Shown here: positions 23,184-34,569 of the stretch, one piece after another
Numbering within the stretch: the stretch's first letter is position 1
Layout: each line of letters opens with the position of its first letter
Assembly: GCA_963849325.1 (NCBI GenBank)
Contig: CAWKHF010000001.1
Coordinates: 192,001 to 256,000, forward strand
DNA length: 64,000 nt
From: an uncultured Planctomycetota bacterium
GTDB taxonomy: Bacteria > Planctomycetota > Planctomycetia > Gemmatales > Gemmataceae
Direction: 5' to 3'
Position numbers and translations under genes: made by a program
The notes under the pieces: model-generated
The model's input: only the letters and a program-made list of their open reading frames with translations
Database searches by the model: none
Told to the model about the DNA's origin: nothing

Positions 23184-24675
23184 ATGCTGGACGATTACAA
23201 ACTGCGCACTGGCCGCCAGCGAGGCGCGCTTTCGCACCCTGATCGAGAAGATGGCCGACGGCGTCATCGTGGTACGCGATGCGGGCGTGATCTGTTACGT
23301 CAATCCGGCCGCCGAGGCGCTGCTGGGCCGTCGCGCCGACGAGTTGGTCGGCGCCCCGTTTGGCCAGCCGGTGGCGTCGGGCGAAACCGTGGAAATCGAC
23401 CTCTGCCCCGTGCCTCGTCGTTCCGCCTCGACGGAGGGCGTGTCCGGCCCTCTTCATCTACCGCTGCGCGTGGCGGAGATGCGCGTCGTCGAGATCGACT
23501 GGGATGGACAGCCGGCGCTACTGGCGACCCTGCGTGACATCAGCGAACGCAAGGAGGCCCTGCGCCGCTGCGATGAGTTCCTCGCCATGCTCGCCCACGA
23601 GCTGCGCAATCCGTTGGCCCCGATCCTCACCGCCGCCCAACTGCTGCGGCAGAAGGGTCTGCCCGCCGACCAGCGGGAACACTCCTGCGCCATCATCGAG
23701 CGGCAGGGCCGGCACATGGCTCGCTTGCTGGATGACCTGCTCGACCTGTCGCGCGTGACGTACGGCAAGATCGAGCTGCGCAAGCAAGTCGTGGACCTGG
23801 GCACCATCCTGAGCGATGCCATCCACGGCAGTCGATCCCTGATCGATGGACGGCAGCATCAGCTGGCCCTTTCGCTGCCCCCGGTGCCGCTGCGCGTCGA
23901 GGCCGACCCGACGCGATTGGGGCAGGTGATGGTGAATCTGCTCAACAACGCGGCCAAGTACACCGAGCCGGGCGGCCGCATCGAGCTGAGTCTTCAGCGA
24001 GACGGCACGCAGGCGGTCGTGCGCGTCAAGGACTCGGGGATGGGCATTCCTCCGTCCGCGCTGGCGAGTATCTTCGAGCCGTTTGCCCAGCTTAATCCGT
24101 CGCTAGATCGTGCGCAGGGTGGACTGGGGATTGGCCTGACGCTGGTTCGTCGGCTGGTGGAACTGCACGGCGGCACGATCGCCGCCCATAGTGACGGCCT
24201 GGGCCGAGGCAGTGAGTTCGTGGTCCGCTTGCGGCTCGATCCTCGATCTCTTACAGAGGAACCTCCTCGGTCCCAACCGCCCTTCGTCCCTCGCCGTGTC
24301 CTGCTCATCGAGGACAACCAGGATGGCCGCGAGATGCTGACCGGGCTGCTGCGCCTATGGGGACATCAGGTCGAGGAGGCCGACGATGGGCCGGGCGGCC
24401 TGACCGCCATCCGCCGGCAACCTCCCGATGTGGCCCTGGTGGACATCGGCCTGCCGGACCTGGACGGCTACGAACTGGCTCGCCAGGTACGCGCCGCGCC
24501 GGGCGGTGATCGGGTCGTGCTCATTGCCGTGACAGGCTACGGTCAACCGCAGGACCGACGCCGCGCCGTCGAAGCCGGTTTCGACGACCATCTGGTCAAG
24601 CCGGTGGATCTGGACAAGCTGATGCGACTCCTCCAGGATTTGCCGCGCGCCGCTCCCGGCGAACGGCCGGCGTAA
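23184..24675 (+). CDS. Hybrid sensor histidine kinase PAS-HisKA-HATPase-REC (frameshift near start)
   Basis: 'YVNPAAE' PAS, 'LAHELRNPL', 'NLLNNAAKYT', 'GGLGIGL', REC 'LVDIGLP...KP'. Confidence 0.92.
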
Positions 24676-24778
24676 GCCGGCTGGTGGGCGAGACTTGCCG
24701 CGTGCCGCTCCCGGCGAACGGCCGGCGTAAGCCGGCTGGTGGGCGAGACTACCAGCCGGCTTACGCCGGCCGTTCGCC
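24641..24778. repeat. Family B palindrome with a 55-bp tandem duplication of its left arm and flank
   Basis: 24641..24695 and 24696..24750 differ at one base; inverted arm at 24751..24778. Confidence 0.88.
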
Positions 24779-24878
24779 TCTGTTACGCTTCAGGACTGGA
24801 CTTTCCCGGTGGTTGACTTTTGGGTATGCGGGACGGTGGCATGAGGGACATCGTCCCCTCGGCGCCGGGAGAGAACCC

Positions 24879-26303
24879 ATGTCGGATGAAGAGGGGCCAT
24901 TTCCGAGGAATAAAGGGGAGACTCCAGGGCGGCAGCAAGGGATGGCCTGGTGCTGTCTGCCCCTGCTGGTTGCGTCGGTGGGGTTGAGTGCGTGTGGAGT
25001 GGTGCGGTCCCAGGCAGCCGACATTGATCCGGTCGAACGTCTTCGCCACGCCTTGCAAGCTACGTATCCCAATCCGGCGGCGCGGGATCGTCAGGTCAAG
25101 GAATGCCTGGCCGAACTGCGTTCGCTCTCCGACCTCCAACGCGCCGCCGTGCTGGTGGAGTGGTGCGAATCCTGCCCCGGCGAATCGAGCGCGGCCGTGG
25201 ATCGGGCCAACCAGGAAGCGCTCCTCGAAGCGCTGACGGTTGCCGTGCGCGGCGTGTTGCGTCCGAGAGGTCCAGCGGCGGCCGCGACGATCGATTGGAT
25301 CGCGCGGACGGCCGAACAAGCCCGCGCCAGCGGCGAACCCCTTCCTCTCTTCCATCGCTTCGGGCCGGAACTGGCCGACGTGGTGATCCAGGGTCCGTCG
25401 TCGCTTCGCGCCGCGGCCGCCCGTACACTGGGACAGATCGAACCAAGTGTGTACGTCGCCGTGCCGGCCCTCGAAGAACTGCTCCGCGCCGGCGAGGCGG
25501 AGTTGCGTCTGGCCGCGGCCGACGGACTCGCTCATCTGATGCAAAACGCCCTGCAAGCGCTCGGCGGCGCCGGAAGCCAGCGCCCCGCCCCGCGCGGCGA
25601 ATTGGTCCTGGTGGCCGGCAGCATCCTGCCAGCGGTGCATCACGGCCTGGACGACGACCGACTCGAGGTGCGCCGCCGCTGCCTGGAAACGATCGGCCTC
25701 GCCGCCGTGGCCCTGTCCCGTCTGATCGAGGACGCGAACCCGCCGGACGGACCCTCCTTCGGACAGACATCGCCCGCGGGTCGGCGGCTGGAATCGGAGC
25801 GGGAAGAGTTGCGCCCGCTGCTTGTGGCCCTCCGCGATCAGGGACCGATCCTCGCGCGCTGCGTCCGCGACAACGATGTCGAGGTGCGCGTGCTGGCGCA
25901 CAAGGCGCTGGAGGAAATGGGGCACGCTCGCGGATGCTGGGCGCGGCGATGCGCCACGGTGAATGGACCGGAGGAAGACGCGCTGGGCGACGTGCTCCGG
26001 GAAGCGGTACACGCATTGGCGGCGGCGCTGGCGCATCCCGACCTGCGCGTGCGGCGCAGCGCCCTGGACGCCCTAGAGATGATGGGTCCGCTGGCGCTGC
26101 CGGCGCTGCCGGCCCTGGCTCGCGTCCTGCACGATCCGGATCGTTTTCTCCGCTGGTCGGCCGTGCGCACACTGGGCAAGCTCGGTCCGACGGCTCGGGA
26201 TGCGGTCGATGAGCTACGCTTGACCCTGCAAGATCCCGACACCGACGTCCGCCGTGCGGCCGGGACGGTGCTGCTCCACATCGGATCGTCCTCCCCTCCG
26301 TAA
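24879..26303 (+). CDS. HEAT-repeat protein
   Basis: Repeats such as 'LRAAAARTLGQI', 'VRRSALDALEMMGP', 'LRWSAVRTLGKLGP'. Confidence 0.8.
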   Translation: MSDEEGPFPRNKGETPGRQQGMAWCCLPLLVASVGLSACGVVRSQAADIDPVERLRHALQATYPNPAARDRQVKECLAELRSLSDLQRAAVLVEWCESCPGESSAAVDRANQEALLEALTVAVRGVLRPRGPAAAATIDWIARTAEQARASGEPLPLFHRFGPELADVVIQGPSSLRAAAARTLGQIEPSVYVAVPALEELLRAGEAELRLAAADGLAHLMQNALQALGGAGSQRPAPRGELVLVAGSILPAVHHGLDDDRLEVRRRCLETIGLAAVALSRLIEDANPPDGPSFGQTSPAGRRLESEREELRPLLVALRDQGPILARCVRDNDVEVRVLAHKALEEMGHARGCWARRCATVNGPEEDALGDVLREAVHALAAALAHPDLRVRRSALDALEMMGPLALPALPALARVLHDPDRFLRWSAVRTLGKLGPTARDAVDELRLTLQDPDTDVRRAAGTVLLHIGSSSPP

Positions 26304-26318
26304 TCTCCGCATCCTGGG

Positions 26319-26400
26319 GGTGTCTTGTTTAGCCGCGACGCGCAGTGGAGCGCGGGAAGACTCCCGCGCTCCGCTGCGCGTCGCGGCTAAACGAGACACC
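26319..26400. repeat. REP-like palindrome, family A
   Basis: gtttagccgcgacgcgcagtggagcgcgg ... ccgcgctccgctgcgcgtcgcggctaaac; copies at 42985, 44886, 47897 (degenerate), 59967. Confidence 0.88.
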
Positions 26401-26417
26401 ATTACGAGGAATAGGTA

Positions 26418-27778
26418 TCAGCCGAGCTTCCAACCGTTGTGACATTCGCGGCCGAGGAACGGCTCGGCCTCGGGAGCATTACGGATGCGCATGGCCCGGG
26501 CGTCCCACTCGATGCGTTTGCCGGCGCGATAGGCGACGTTGCCGAGGTGGTTGGCCTCGGTGAGCCGGCCGCTGTAGTGGAAAGGACACGTTGTTGCCGC
26601 GCCGGTCTTGCAGGCGCAGCCACTCGGCATGATGGCCGATCGAGTCGGGGATGGTCTTCGCCGGCCGTTGGAAATCGGCGAACTCCTTCTCCGGCAGCAG
26701 GACGTGCTTGCCGTAGTTGGACAGGAGCATCCCCTTGGAGCCGATGAAGAGGACGCCATCGCCCCACGCCGGAATCTTGCCCTGCTGCCACAATTGGGGC
26801 TTCAACGTGCCCTGATACCAGGTCAGCTTGACCTCCGGCAGCTCGCCGCGCGGCCCATAGTGGAAGGTGGCGGACATGCTGGCCGGCGCGATCTCCGGGT
26901 GCGGCGGCGGGCCGCTCGCCTCGACGATCCTCGGCGCATCCAGGTTCAAGGCCCAGAAGGGCAGGTCGATCCAGTGGCTGCCGAGGTCGGACATGGTGCC
27001 GCCGCCAAAGTCCCACCAGCGATACCATTTCGGCCCCGGAACGTACACGCCGTGGAACGGACGGCGCGGCGCCGCCCCCAGCCACAAGTCCCAGTCCAGC
27101 CCGGCCGGGACCGGCACCTCCTCGCGGGGGCGTTCCGCGGTCCAAACGATGTCGCGGTGCTGCTTGGCCTCCTCCTCGCTCTGTCGTCCCCAGGCCCGCG
27201 ATACCCATACGTGGGCCTCGCGCACCGGGCCGATCGCGCCACCCTGGATCAGCTCGACCACCCGGCGGTAGTTCGAGCCGGCGTGGACCTGCGTCCCCAT
27301 CTGCGTGGCCACGTCCGCCTTCTTCGCCGCCTCGATGATGACGCGCGCCTCGCGCAGATTGTGCGTCAACGGCTTCTCGCAATAGACGTGCTTTTTGCGC
27401 CGCAGCGCCGGCAGCGTGGCGAAGGCGTGCGTGTGCTCGGTGCTGCTGACGACGACGGCGTCGAAGTCGCCGTCCTTCAGCTCGTCGTAGAGCTTACGGA
27501 AATCGCGGTACTTTTTCGCGCGCGGCGCCTTCTGGGCGGCTTGCAGCAAGTTCGGCTCGGAGACGTTGCACAGGGCGACGATGTTTTCGCCGAGCATCTC
27601 GCGCAGATTGGCCGCGCCGCGGCCGCCGCAGCCGATCACGACGATGTTCAATTTCGCGCTCGGCGAACGGGACGATACGAACGCCGGCGCCGCCAGGAGC
27701 GCCGCGCCGGCCAGGGACGTCGTTCTGGAGGAAACGACGGCGACTGAGGGCAGAAGGCTTGGTTTGTTTCCGCGTCAT
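26418..27778 (-). CDS. Gfo/Idh/MocA oxidoreductase with Tat signal (frameshifted)
   Basis: 'SRRRFL' twin-arginine motif; 'IGCGGRG', 'HVYCEKPL', '[14 protein letters not shown]'. Confidence 0.88.
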
Positions 27779-27880
27779 GAACGCCTCCGAGGATGTTGGG
27801 TACATGGCAGGATTGGCGATGGCTGCCATCGTACCTTGCCGGCCGTCGTCGAACAACTGCCGGCGCCGAGGAGGGGACCA

Positions 27881-28646
27881 TTACGGATTGCGGTTGGGCG
27901 ACGGCGGTGGCGGCGTCACCGGCACGCCCTTGCTCGGCGGCCGGGCGGGGACGGCGCCCGGCGGGGCGGAGGGCGACGTCCCTTCGGCCTTCCGCAGATG
28001 CTCGGGGACGTGCGCCAGTGCCTCGGCGGCCATCACGAATTGCAGCGCCCGACGGTTGTTGCCGCCCTCGGCCGCCTTGCGGGCTTGCTCCAGAGCGCGG
28101 CGGGCGGCGTCGAAGAACGAACGGCCCGGTCCCCGAGGCGATACCAGCGCGGCGTCCTGCAGTTCGGCACCTACTTCGCGGATGGCGTCGCGGACCATCG
28201 TCGCCCCTTGGTTGCCCGTGCCGACGCGACCGGAAGGAGGCGGCGTCGCCGGCGCCGGTCCCATCGGCGGGGCTGGCAGACCTTCCACGACCGGCGTATT
28301 GGCCTGCAACAGGTGTACGACTCCGCGCGCGGCGACCTGGGCGGCCCAGGCGGCGGACTCCGCTCGCCGATGCTGCCCGGCCCGGTACGCCTGCAAGGCG
28401 CTGCGATACGTGTCCGTGGCCTGGGCGAGCAGTCCGGCGTCTTCCTTCGGCAGCTTGGCCTGGCGGGAGTTCATCCACACCGACGCGAACGTGATCTGAT
28501 CGTAAGCGTGGTTGAGGAGGGCGACCGCCCTCTCGCCGGGGCCGCGCCGAGTCGGCCGGCGCCGCCGGTTGCTGGGCGTACAGGCGTGCCGCCAGGGCGA
28601 GAACTGTCCAAACGCCCATGCCAAGGGTCAACCATCTGGTCTTCAT
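27881..28646 (-). CDS. Hypothetical secreted helical protein (frameshift after signal peptide)
   Basis: Signal-like N-terminus in 27648..28646 frame; helical body in 27881..28624 frame. Confidence 0.5.
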
Positions 28647-28824
28647 GTGTCCCTCCCGTGCGATCCGTGAAGTGGTTGGAAAGTGGGGGTTGGCAAAGAG
28701 TGACCTTGCTTCATCCTACCCACGAACTACCACTCTGCAATCGACATACCGGAGGAAGAAAGACGCCCTTGCGCCGGCGTCGCGGCTGGAGTGGTCCAGA
28801 GATGTCGTCGGCCGTCTTCGTCCG

Positions 28825-29232
28825 TCAGGCCGAGCTTTCGCCGAGGGAGTGCCGCTGCTCGTCGAGCAAGAACTGCCAGAGGACCCGCCGCTCGACCTCA
28901 TGCGAGGCCGTGTTCATGGCGAGGAATTGCAGACCGTGGAGGTGTCCCTGTTTGGTCGAAGTGTGGTGGACAATACGGCAAAGGAGCGCCAGACTGGTGT
29001 GGTTTTTCTTCTTGTCGGTGAGGGAGAAGCGGATAAACCAGTCCTGCTTCCACTGCGATTGGGGCACCTCTTGCGGTAACAGGATCCCCGCCCCACTAAT
29101 CGAGAGGTTGAGAAGAGCGCCGAGTTGAACGGTCGCACCGCCGGGGCCGCCGGCGTGGATGAGCTCTACCTTCGGTCGAGCCAGGTAGGCAAACCGAAAG
29201 CGATAGTCCTGTCTGCGATTGGGTGTCTCCAT
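28825..29232 (-). CDS. PilZ-domain protein
   Basis: RxxxR 'RRQDYR' and [D/N]xSxxG 'NLSISG'. Confidence 0.78.
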   Translation of the reverse strand: METPNRRQDYRFRFAYLARPKVELIHAGGPGGATVQLGALLNLSISGAGILLPQEVPQSQWKQDWFIRFSLTDKKKNHTSLALLCRIVHHTSTKQGHLHGLQFLAMNTASHEVERRVLWQFLLDEQRHSLGESSA

Positions 29233-29400
29233 GCGCCGCCTGCGAGTGGCACTCGAATGAACGGTCCCTCTACTCAAAGCATCTACCTTGTCCCCGAGGG
29301 GATGTCAACCAATCGACGATCCCTCCGCCAGCGATCCGAGGAGGGAATTCCTGCGCCAACGGAAATGTACGATGCAACAGCGAGGAAACGCCGGTCCCGT

Positions 29401-29462
29401 TCCGAGCCCGCGGCGTCCGCGAGGGAAAGAACGTCAGCCCTCGCTGACGCCACGGGCTCGGA
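29401..29462. repeat. REP-like imperfect palindrome
   Basis: tccgagcccgcggcgtccgcgaggg ... ccctcgctgacgccacgggctcgga. Confidence 0.7.
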
Positions 29463-29493
29463 CCAGAACGTTTGCTCCGCTCGTTCTCACGCT

Positions 29494-29781
29494 TTACTTG
29501 CCGCGGGCCCCGCGTTTGGCGGTGGTCGCCTTCTTCGCGGTTGGGGCTTTCGCGGCCTTGCCGGCCGTCGTCTTCTTGGCGGCGGGACGCTTGGCGGCCT
29601 TCTTCTTGCCGGTCAGCCCGAGGGCCTTGCCGACCGGATCCACGACGTACTCGTCCGCCTTCTGGGCCACGGTCTGGGCCGCCTCCTTGACCGCCGTACC
29701 GACTTTCGACAGCGTTCCGCGCTTGCCTTTCGCCGTCCCGCTCTTCGATTTCGCCGTTCCACCCTTGCGTTTGGTGACCAT
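29494..29781 (-). CDS. Small Lys/Ala-rich basic protein (histone H1-like tail)
   Basis: 'KKKAAKRPAAKKTTAGKAAKAPTAKKATTAKR'; SD ggagga upstream. Confidence 0.7.
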   Translation of the reverse strand: MVTKRKGGTAKSKSGTAKGKRGTLSKVGTAVKEAAQTVAQKADEYVVDPVGKALGLTGKKKAAKRPAAKKTTAGKAAKAPTAKKATTAKRGARGK

Positions 29782-29889
29782 GTTGGTCCTCCCTTGGGTT
29801 GTTCGCAACGCACATGCCACGGCTGAGCAATGGGATGCAAAGCCGATGCCGCGTCCCAGGCAGCCGCGCCTTGTCCGCTGGCGAGAGAT

Positions 29890-30192
29890 TCATGCCGGCT
29901 GGACTTCCTGGGATCGGGCCTGTTTGAGCGCCCGGAGGCCGGCGTTGGTGATCCGATAGCAACCGGCCGCCGCTCCCGGACGCAGTACGGGAGTCAGCCC
30001 AGTGTTCTGTTCGAGCCAGCCGTAGGCCAGTAGTTCGCCATGCAGCTTGACCAGCTGACGCGGCTCGACACCATTCATTTCGGCCAACCGATCCTGCCAC
30101 GCCTGCCGATCGGCTGCCCCTCGCTCGGCATAATGTCCCAGAAGGTCGGACAATTCCTTCACGTCGCGCAATCGTTCCAACTCGTCAAACAT
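29890..30192 (-). CDS. Hypothetical winged-helix-like protein
   Basis: 'LHGELLAYGWLEQ...YRITNAGLRAL' wing pattern; SD ggagg upstream. Confidence 0.6.
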   Translation of the reverse strand: MFDELERLRDVKELSDLLGHYAERGAADRQAWQDRLAEMNGVEPRQLVKLHGELLAYGWLEQNTGLTPVLRPGAAAGCYRITNAGLRALKQARSQEVQPA

Positions 30193-30325
30193 GATCGCCC
30201 TCCGTGGTGTCAATCGAGGAGTGGGCCGGGAGGAGAGATCGGATGAGCCGTCTCCTCTCCTCCAGTCCGGCGCTCGACGGCCGGGAATGGCCGGAGCGAC
30301 GGTCTCATTTTATCACCTGTGCGAT

Positions 30326-32785
30326 TTATCGTCGGGAGGCGGCGCGTGCATCGTGGTCCTTCAGGCGGGCCAGGGCGGCCCGTGCGTCCTGAGTGAGCCA
30401 GGCGGTGCTTGCCCCCGCCGCGAGTTTTTCCAGCACGCGCCGGGCCTGGGACGTACCGATGTGTTCCAAGACCTCGACCGCCCGCAGGGACGCAACACCT
30501 CCCCAGAGGGAAGATCGGCCTGTCGCGCTGTCTCCAGGAGGTGTTTCAGACGACGCTTCGCCTCGGCCGACGGCGCCGCACGCAGGGAGGCACGCAGCGT
30601 CTCGCGGATCACGCCGGCGCACTTCTCCAGTTCGGCCGCGGCCCGCTCGCGGGTGGAGTAGTCGTCGCTGTCCAACTCGGCGATCCAGCGTGTTACCTTC
30701 TGACGGTCGGGCGCGATCGCGGGGCGCAGCCGCTCGGCCAGGAAGGGGACGCTCTGCTCGGGATCAGCCGTCATCTGCCAGACTGCGGTGTGGGCGACAT
30801 CGGCCTGGCCTCCCAGCCGGCCCCATGCGTCGGCCACGGAGGCACGCGGCAGCCGGGCCAAGTCGTTCCTGTGGGTGAGAGCGGCCACGTCCCAGACGAG
30901 GATGGTCGTATCGCGGCCCCAAGTGGCCAGCAGGCCACCGTCGGGGGAGAACGCCAGGTTTTCCGCATCCCGATCACCGAGATCACCGACCTCCTCGCCG
31001 GTCACGGTGCTCCACAACCGGACGCGGCCGTCACGGGTCGCCGTCGCCAGGGTCTTGCCGTCCGAGTTAAAGGCGGCTCCGAAACAGTGCTGCACCCTTG
31101 TCACCATCAGCCGATGAATTACGCCGGCGGACATCTCCCAGAGGAGAACGCTCTCCCGTTCGCCTTGCTCATCCTTTCGGGCAACGATCAGGTATCGGCC
31201 ATCGGGGGACAGGGCTAGCGCCCGGATACACGTTTCAAACCCGGCTGGCATCGGGCGCCACTCGCCCGTCTCGGCGTCGAAAACCTGCACACGCCGAGAA
31301 TTGATCTCCTGCGCCACCATCCAACGGCCACAGGAGGACAGCAGGAGGGTTGATGCGGGATCGATAGTACAGGGCATCGTGAATTCCCGAAGGACCGCAC
31401 CGCTTGCCGGGTGGAACCATTTAACGCGGAGACCGTCGGCGCACACCAGCGCTCGGCCGTCCGGGCGATACGCGAGGAGGGCCGAAAAAGTAGCAAGGTC
31501 GGAGGAGCGCCAGAACGGCCGGCCGGTGACGGAATCCCAGACACGGATTCGTCCATCGTGGCCGAAGGTGGCGAAATGCGTTCCGTCCGGAGAAACCGTC
31601 AGCTCCCAGCTTTCCTGTCCCTTCCGGCAGTGCAGCAGCCGCCCCGTCGCCGTCTCCCACAGCCGGAGCGTATCATCCTCGCCCACGGAGACCATCCGAT
31701 CGCCCGCGCCCAGGAAGGCCGCGCGGAGGACGCCATCCCTATGCCCCGGCGGCTGCGTTTTCTCCCGGCTACTCCGTAAGTCCCACAGGTGGACAGTCTG
31801 ATCGCGGCCCCACAGGGCGACGGTCTTGCCATCGGGCGAAACCGCCCCCGGAGAGGCGTCCGCATTTTTCAGCACGTCCACGCGCTGCCCCGTCGCCGTG
31901 TCCCAGAAGCACAGCGTCTCGACGTGCGTAGCGAGCAGGCCGCCGTCAGAGGAGAAGTAGACGTGTTGGACCGCGTGTTCGTCGCCGGTGGCGATGTGCC
32001 GGAGCGGACGCCCGGTTGCCGTGCTCGCCAGGTGAGCGCCGCCGGCGTCGTCGCCCCAGGCGAGCGCTTGGCCGTCAGGTGCGAAGGCGACCGATACGCA
32101 TGGCCGGTCGTGTCGCAGGGTACGGACTTCCGAGCCGCTGGCGACGCCCCACAGGCGGACGGACCCGTCCGTGCCCGCCGAAGCCAGCGTCCGGCCGTCG
32201 GGGGAGAAGGCGGCCTGGTAAACGGCCGCCTGATGTCCGGCGAACCACCGTAGCGAGCGGCCCGTTACGACATCCCACAGGCGGACGACGCCATCATCGC
32301 CAGCGGAGGCGATGCATTTGCCGTCGAGGGAGAACGCCAGGGATACGCACTTGCTCGCGCGGCCAGCCGCCCGCTGCAAGCGCCGGGGACTGCCACAGGA
32401 GCCGACCTGTCCGCGATGTGCAGACGCGGAGGCGGTCGCCACGGACGTAGGCCAGCAAGCGCCCGTCCGGCGCCGGGGCGAAGGCCGTGATGTCCTCCGA
32501 TTCGCAGAACGTCCGAATCAGCCGGCCGCCGCTGGTCTCCCAGAGCCAAAGTTGGGACCAACCGCAAGAGGTGACGAGCACCTCGCCGTCAGCGGAAAAG
32601 ACGCCGGCGCTCACACGATCGACGTGCCGCCAGCGCACCGTCCCCAGCCGCGCGATCACCCCCGGCGGCAGCGGGTCGCCGTATCGGTCGGTGCGGACGG
32701 CTGCTTTCGCCGGCGGCCCCTCGCCGCCTGCGGGCCGCATCGACAGGACCAGGCCGAGCAACACGGCGACAAGACGCAAGACCAT
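30326..32785 (-). CDS. WD40-repeat protein (frameshifted)
   Basis: '[17 protein letters not shown]' N-terminus; many 'AFSPDG...VRLWD' repeats. Confidence 0.88.
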
Positions 32786-32816
32786 GAGTCTTCCCTCGCC
32801 GCACGAGCGGACCCGC

Positions 32817-34283
32817 TCACGCCAGCAGTTTCGTCACGACCTCGCCATGCACGTCGGTCAGGCGGAAGTCGCGGCCCTGGAAGCGGAACGTCAACTTCGT
32901 ATGATCCAGGCCGAGAAGGTGCAGCACGGTCGCTTGCAGGTCGTGGACGTGAACGCGGTCCTCGACAGCGGCAAAACCCAATTCGTCGCTGGCGCCGAGG
33001 TTCAGCCCGGCCTTGACGCCGCCGCCGGCCAGCCAGGTGGTAAAGGCGTCGATGTGGTGATTGCGGCCGACCGTCTCGCGCACCTCGCCCATCGGCGTGC
33101 GGCCAAACTCGCCGCTCCAGATCACCAGCGTGTCATCGAGCAGGCCGCGCGCCTTGAGATCCTGGACCAGGGCGGCGCAGGGCCGATCGACTTCCTTGCA
33201 CACGCGGTCGAGTCCGGTCGTCAGATTGTCGCCGCCGGAGCCGTGGTGGTCCCAGTCGGTGTGGTACAGCTGCACGAAGCGCACGCCGCGCTCGACGAGC
33301 CGGCGCGCCAGCAAGCAATTGTTGGCGAACGACGGTTGCCCCGGCTGCGCCCCGTACATTTCCAGCGTCTTTTTGTCCTCGCGCGCGATGTCGATCAACT
33401 CCGGGGCGCTGGTCTGCATGCGATAGGCCATCTCGTAGGACGAGATGCGCGTGGCGATCTCGGGATCGCCGGTGTCCGTCAGGCGGACGGCGTTCAACTC
33501 CTTCACGGTGTCGAGTACCTGGCGCTGGCGCTCGTCGCTGACGCTGGGCGGCCGGGTGAGGTTGAGGATCGGCTCGCCGCCGGAGCGGAAGGGCACGCCC
33601 TGGTACGTCGTCGGCAAAAAGCCACTGCCCCACAGGGGATGGCCGCCGCGCGGCCCGCGCGGCCCGGACTGCAAGACGACGAAACCGGGCAGGTCGTTGG
33701 CGGTCGCTGCCGATGCCGTAAGTCACCCACGCCCCCATGCTCGGCCGGCCGGCCTGCGGTGTGCCGGTATTGAGGAAAATCTTCGCCGGGGCGTGATTGA
33801 AGACGTTGGTGGCCATCGAGCGCACCACGGCGATGTCATCGACGATGCCGGCGGTGTGCGGCAGACACTCCGACACCCATGTCCCCGCTCGGCCGTGGCG
33901 AGCGAACTTGCGCGCGCGGCCAGCAACTTCGGCCTGTTCTTGGCGAAGAAGCTGTCCATGAAGGCGAAGCGCTTGCCCTTGACGAACTCGTCGGGGATGG
34001 GCTTGCCATGCAGCGCCGTCAACTTCGGCTTGTAGTCGAACAATTCGAGCTGGCTGGGACCGCCGGCCATGAACAGGAAAATCACGTGCTTGGCCCGCGC
34101 GGCGTGGTGGCCCCGCTTGGGCGCCAGCGGATTGACCAGCGCAGGTGTTTCGGCCTTCGCCCGGCCGTCGTTCAACAGCGAGGCCAGGGCGAGGGAGCCG
34201 AGACCGAGAGAGCAGTCCTGGAAGAAGTGACGGCGCGTTTGCAGCAGGAGCGGATTCACGGATACCTCAGATACGAAGTTCAT
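32817..34283 (-). CDS. DUF1501 family protein (frameshifted)
   Basis: '[20 protein letters not shown]', '[13 protein letters not shown]', 'GEFGRTP', 'FRLTDVHG'. Confidence 0.9.
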
Positions 34284-34341
34284 TCGGGACGAACGCTGTT
34301 GGCGGACTTAAGGTCAGCACGCCGTATTCTGTTCTCCAAAC

Positions 34342-34569
34342 CTACAAGGGTTCGGCCACTTCCGAGCCTCGCCGTGACAGCAATTCGGCCAGCTGCCAGT
34401 TCACCGCCGTAAGGAGTTCCTCGTCTTCCATGTCCCAGACCGCTCCCGGCTCCGTTCCCCGAGCCACTACCGTCAGATTGGCGATCAGTTGCCCAAATCG
34501 CATCTCCGGACAGGCCCGACTCAATTGATGGAGCCGAGAGAGTAGTTCCGCGCGTGCGCTGTCACTCAT
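34342..34569 (-). CDS. Small hypothetical protein
   Basis: 75-aa ORF 'PEMRFGQLIANL'; ATGA overlap with upstream gene. Confidence 0.65.
   Translation of the reverse strand: MSDSARAELLSRLHQLSRACPEMRFGQLIANLTVVARGTEPGAVWDMEDEELLTAVNWQLAELLSRRGSEVAEPL

Noticed and set aside
24641-24778. Possible mini CRISPR array
   Set aside because: Two abutting 55-bp copies with no unique spacers and no cas genes; it is a duplicated REP arm
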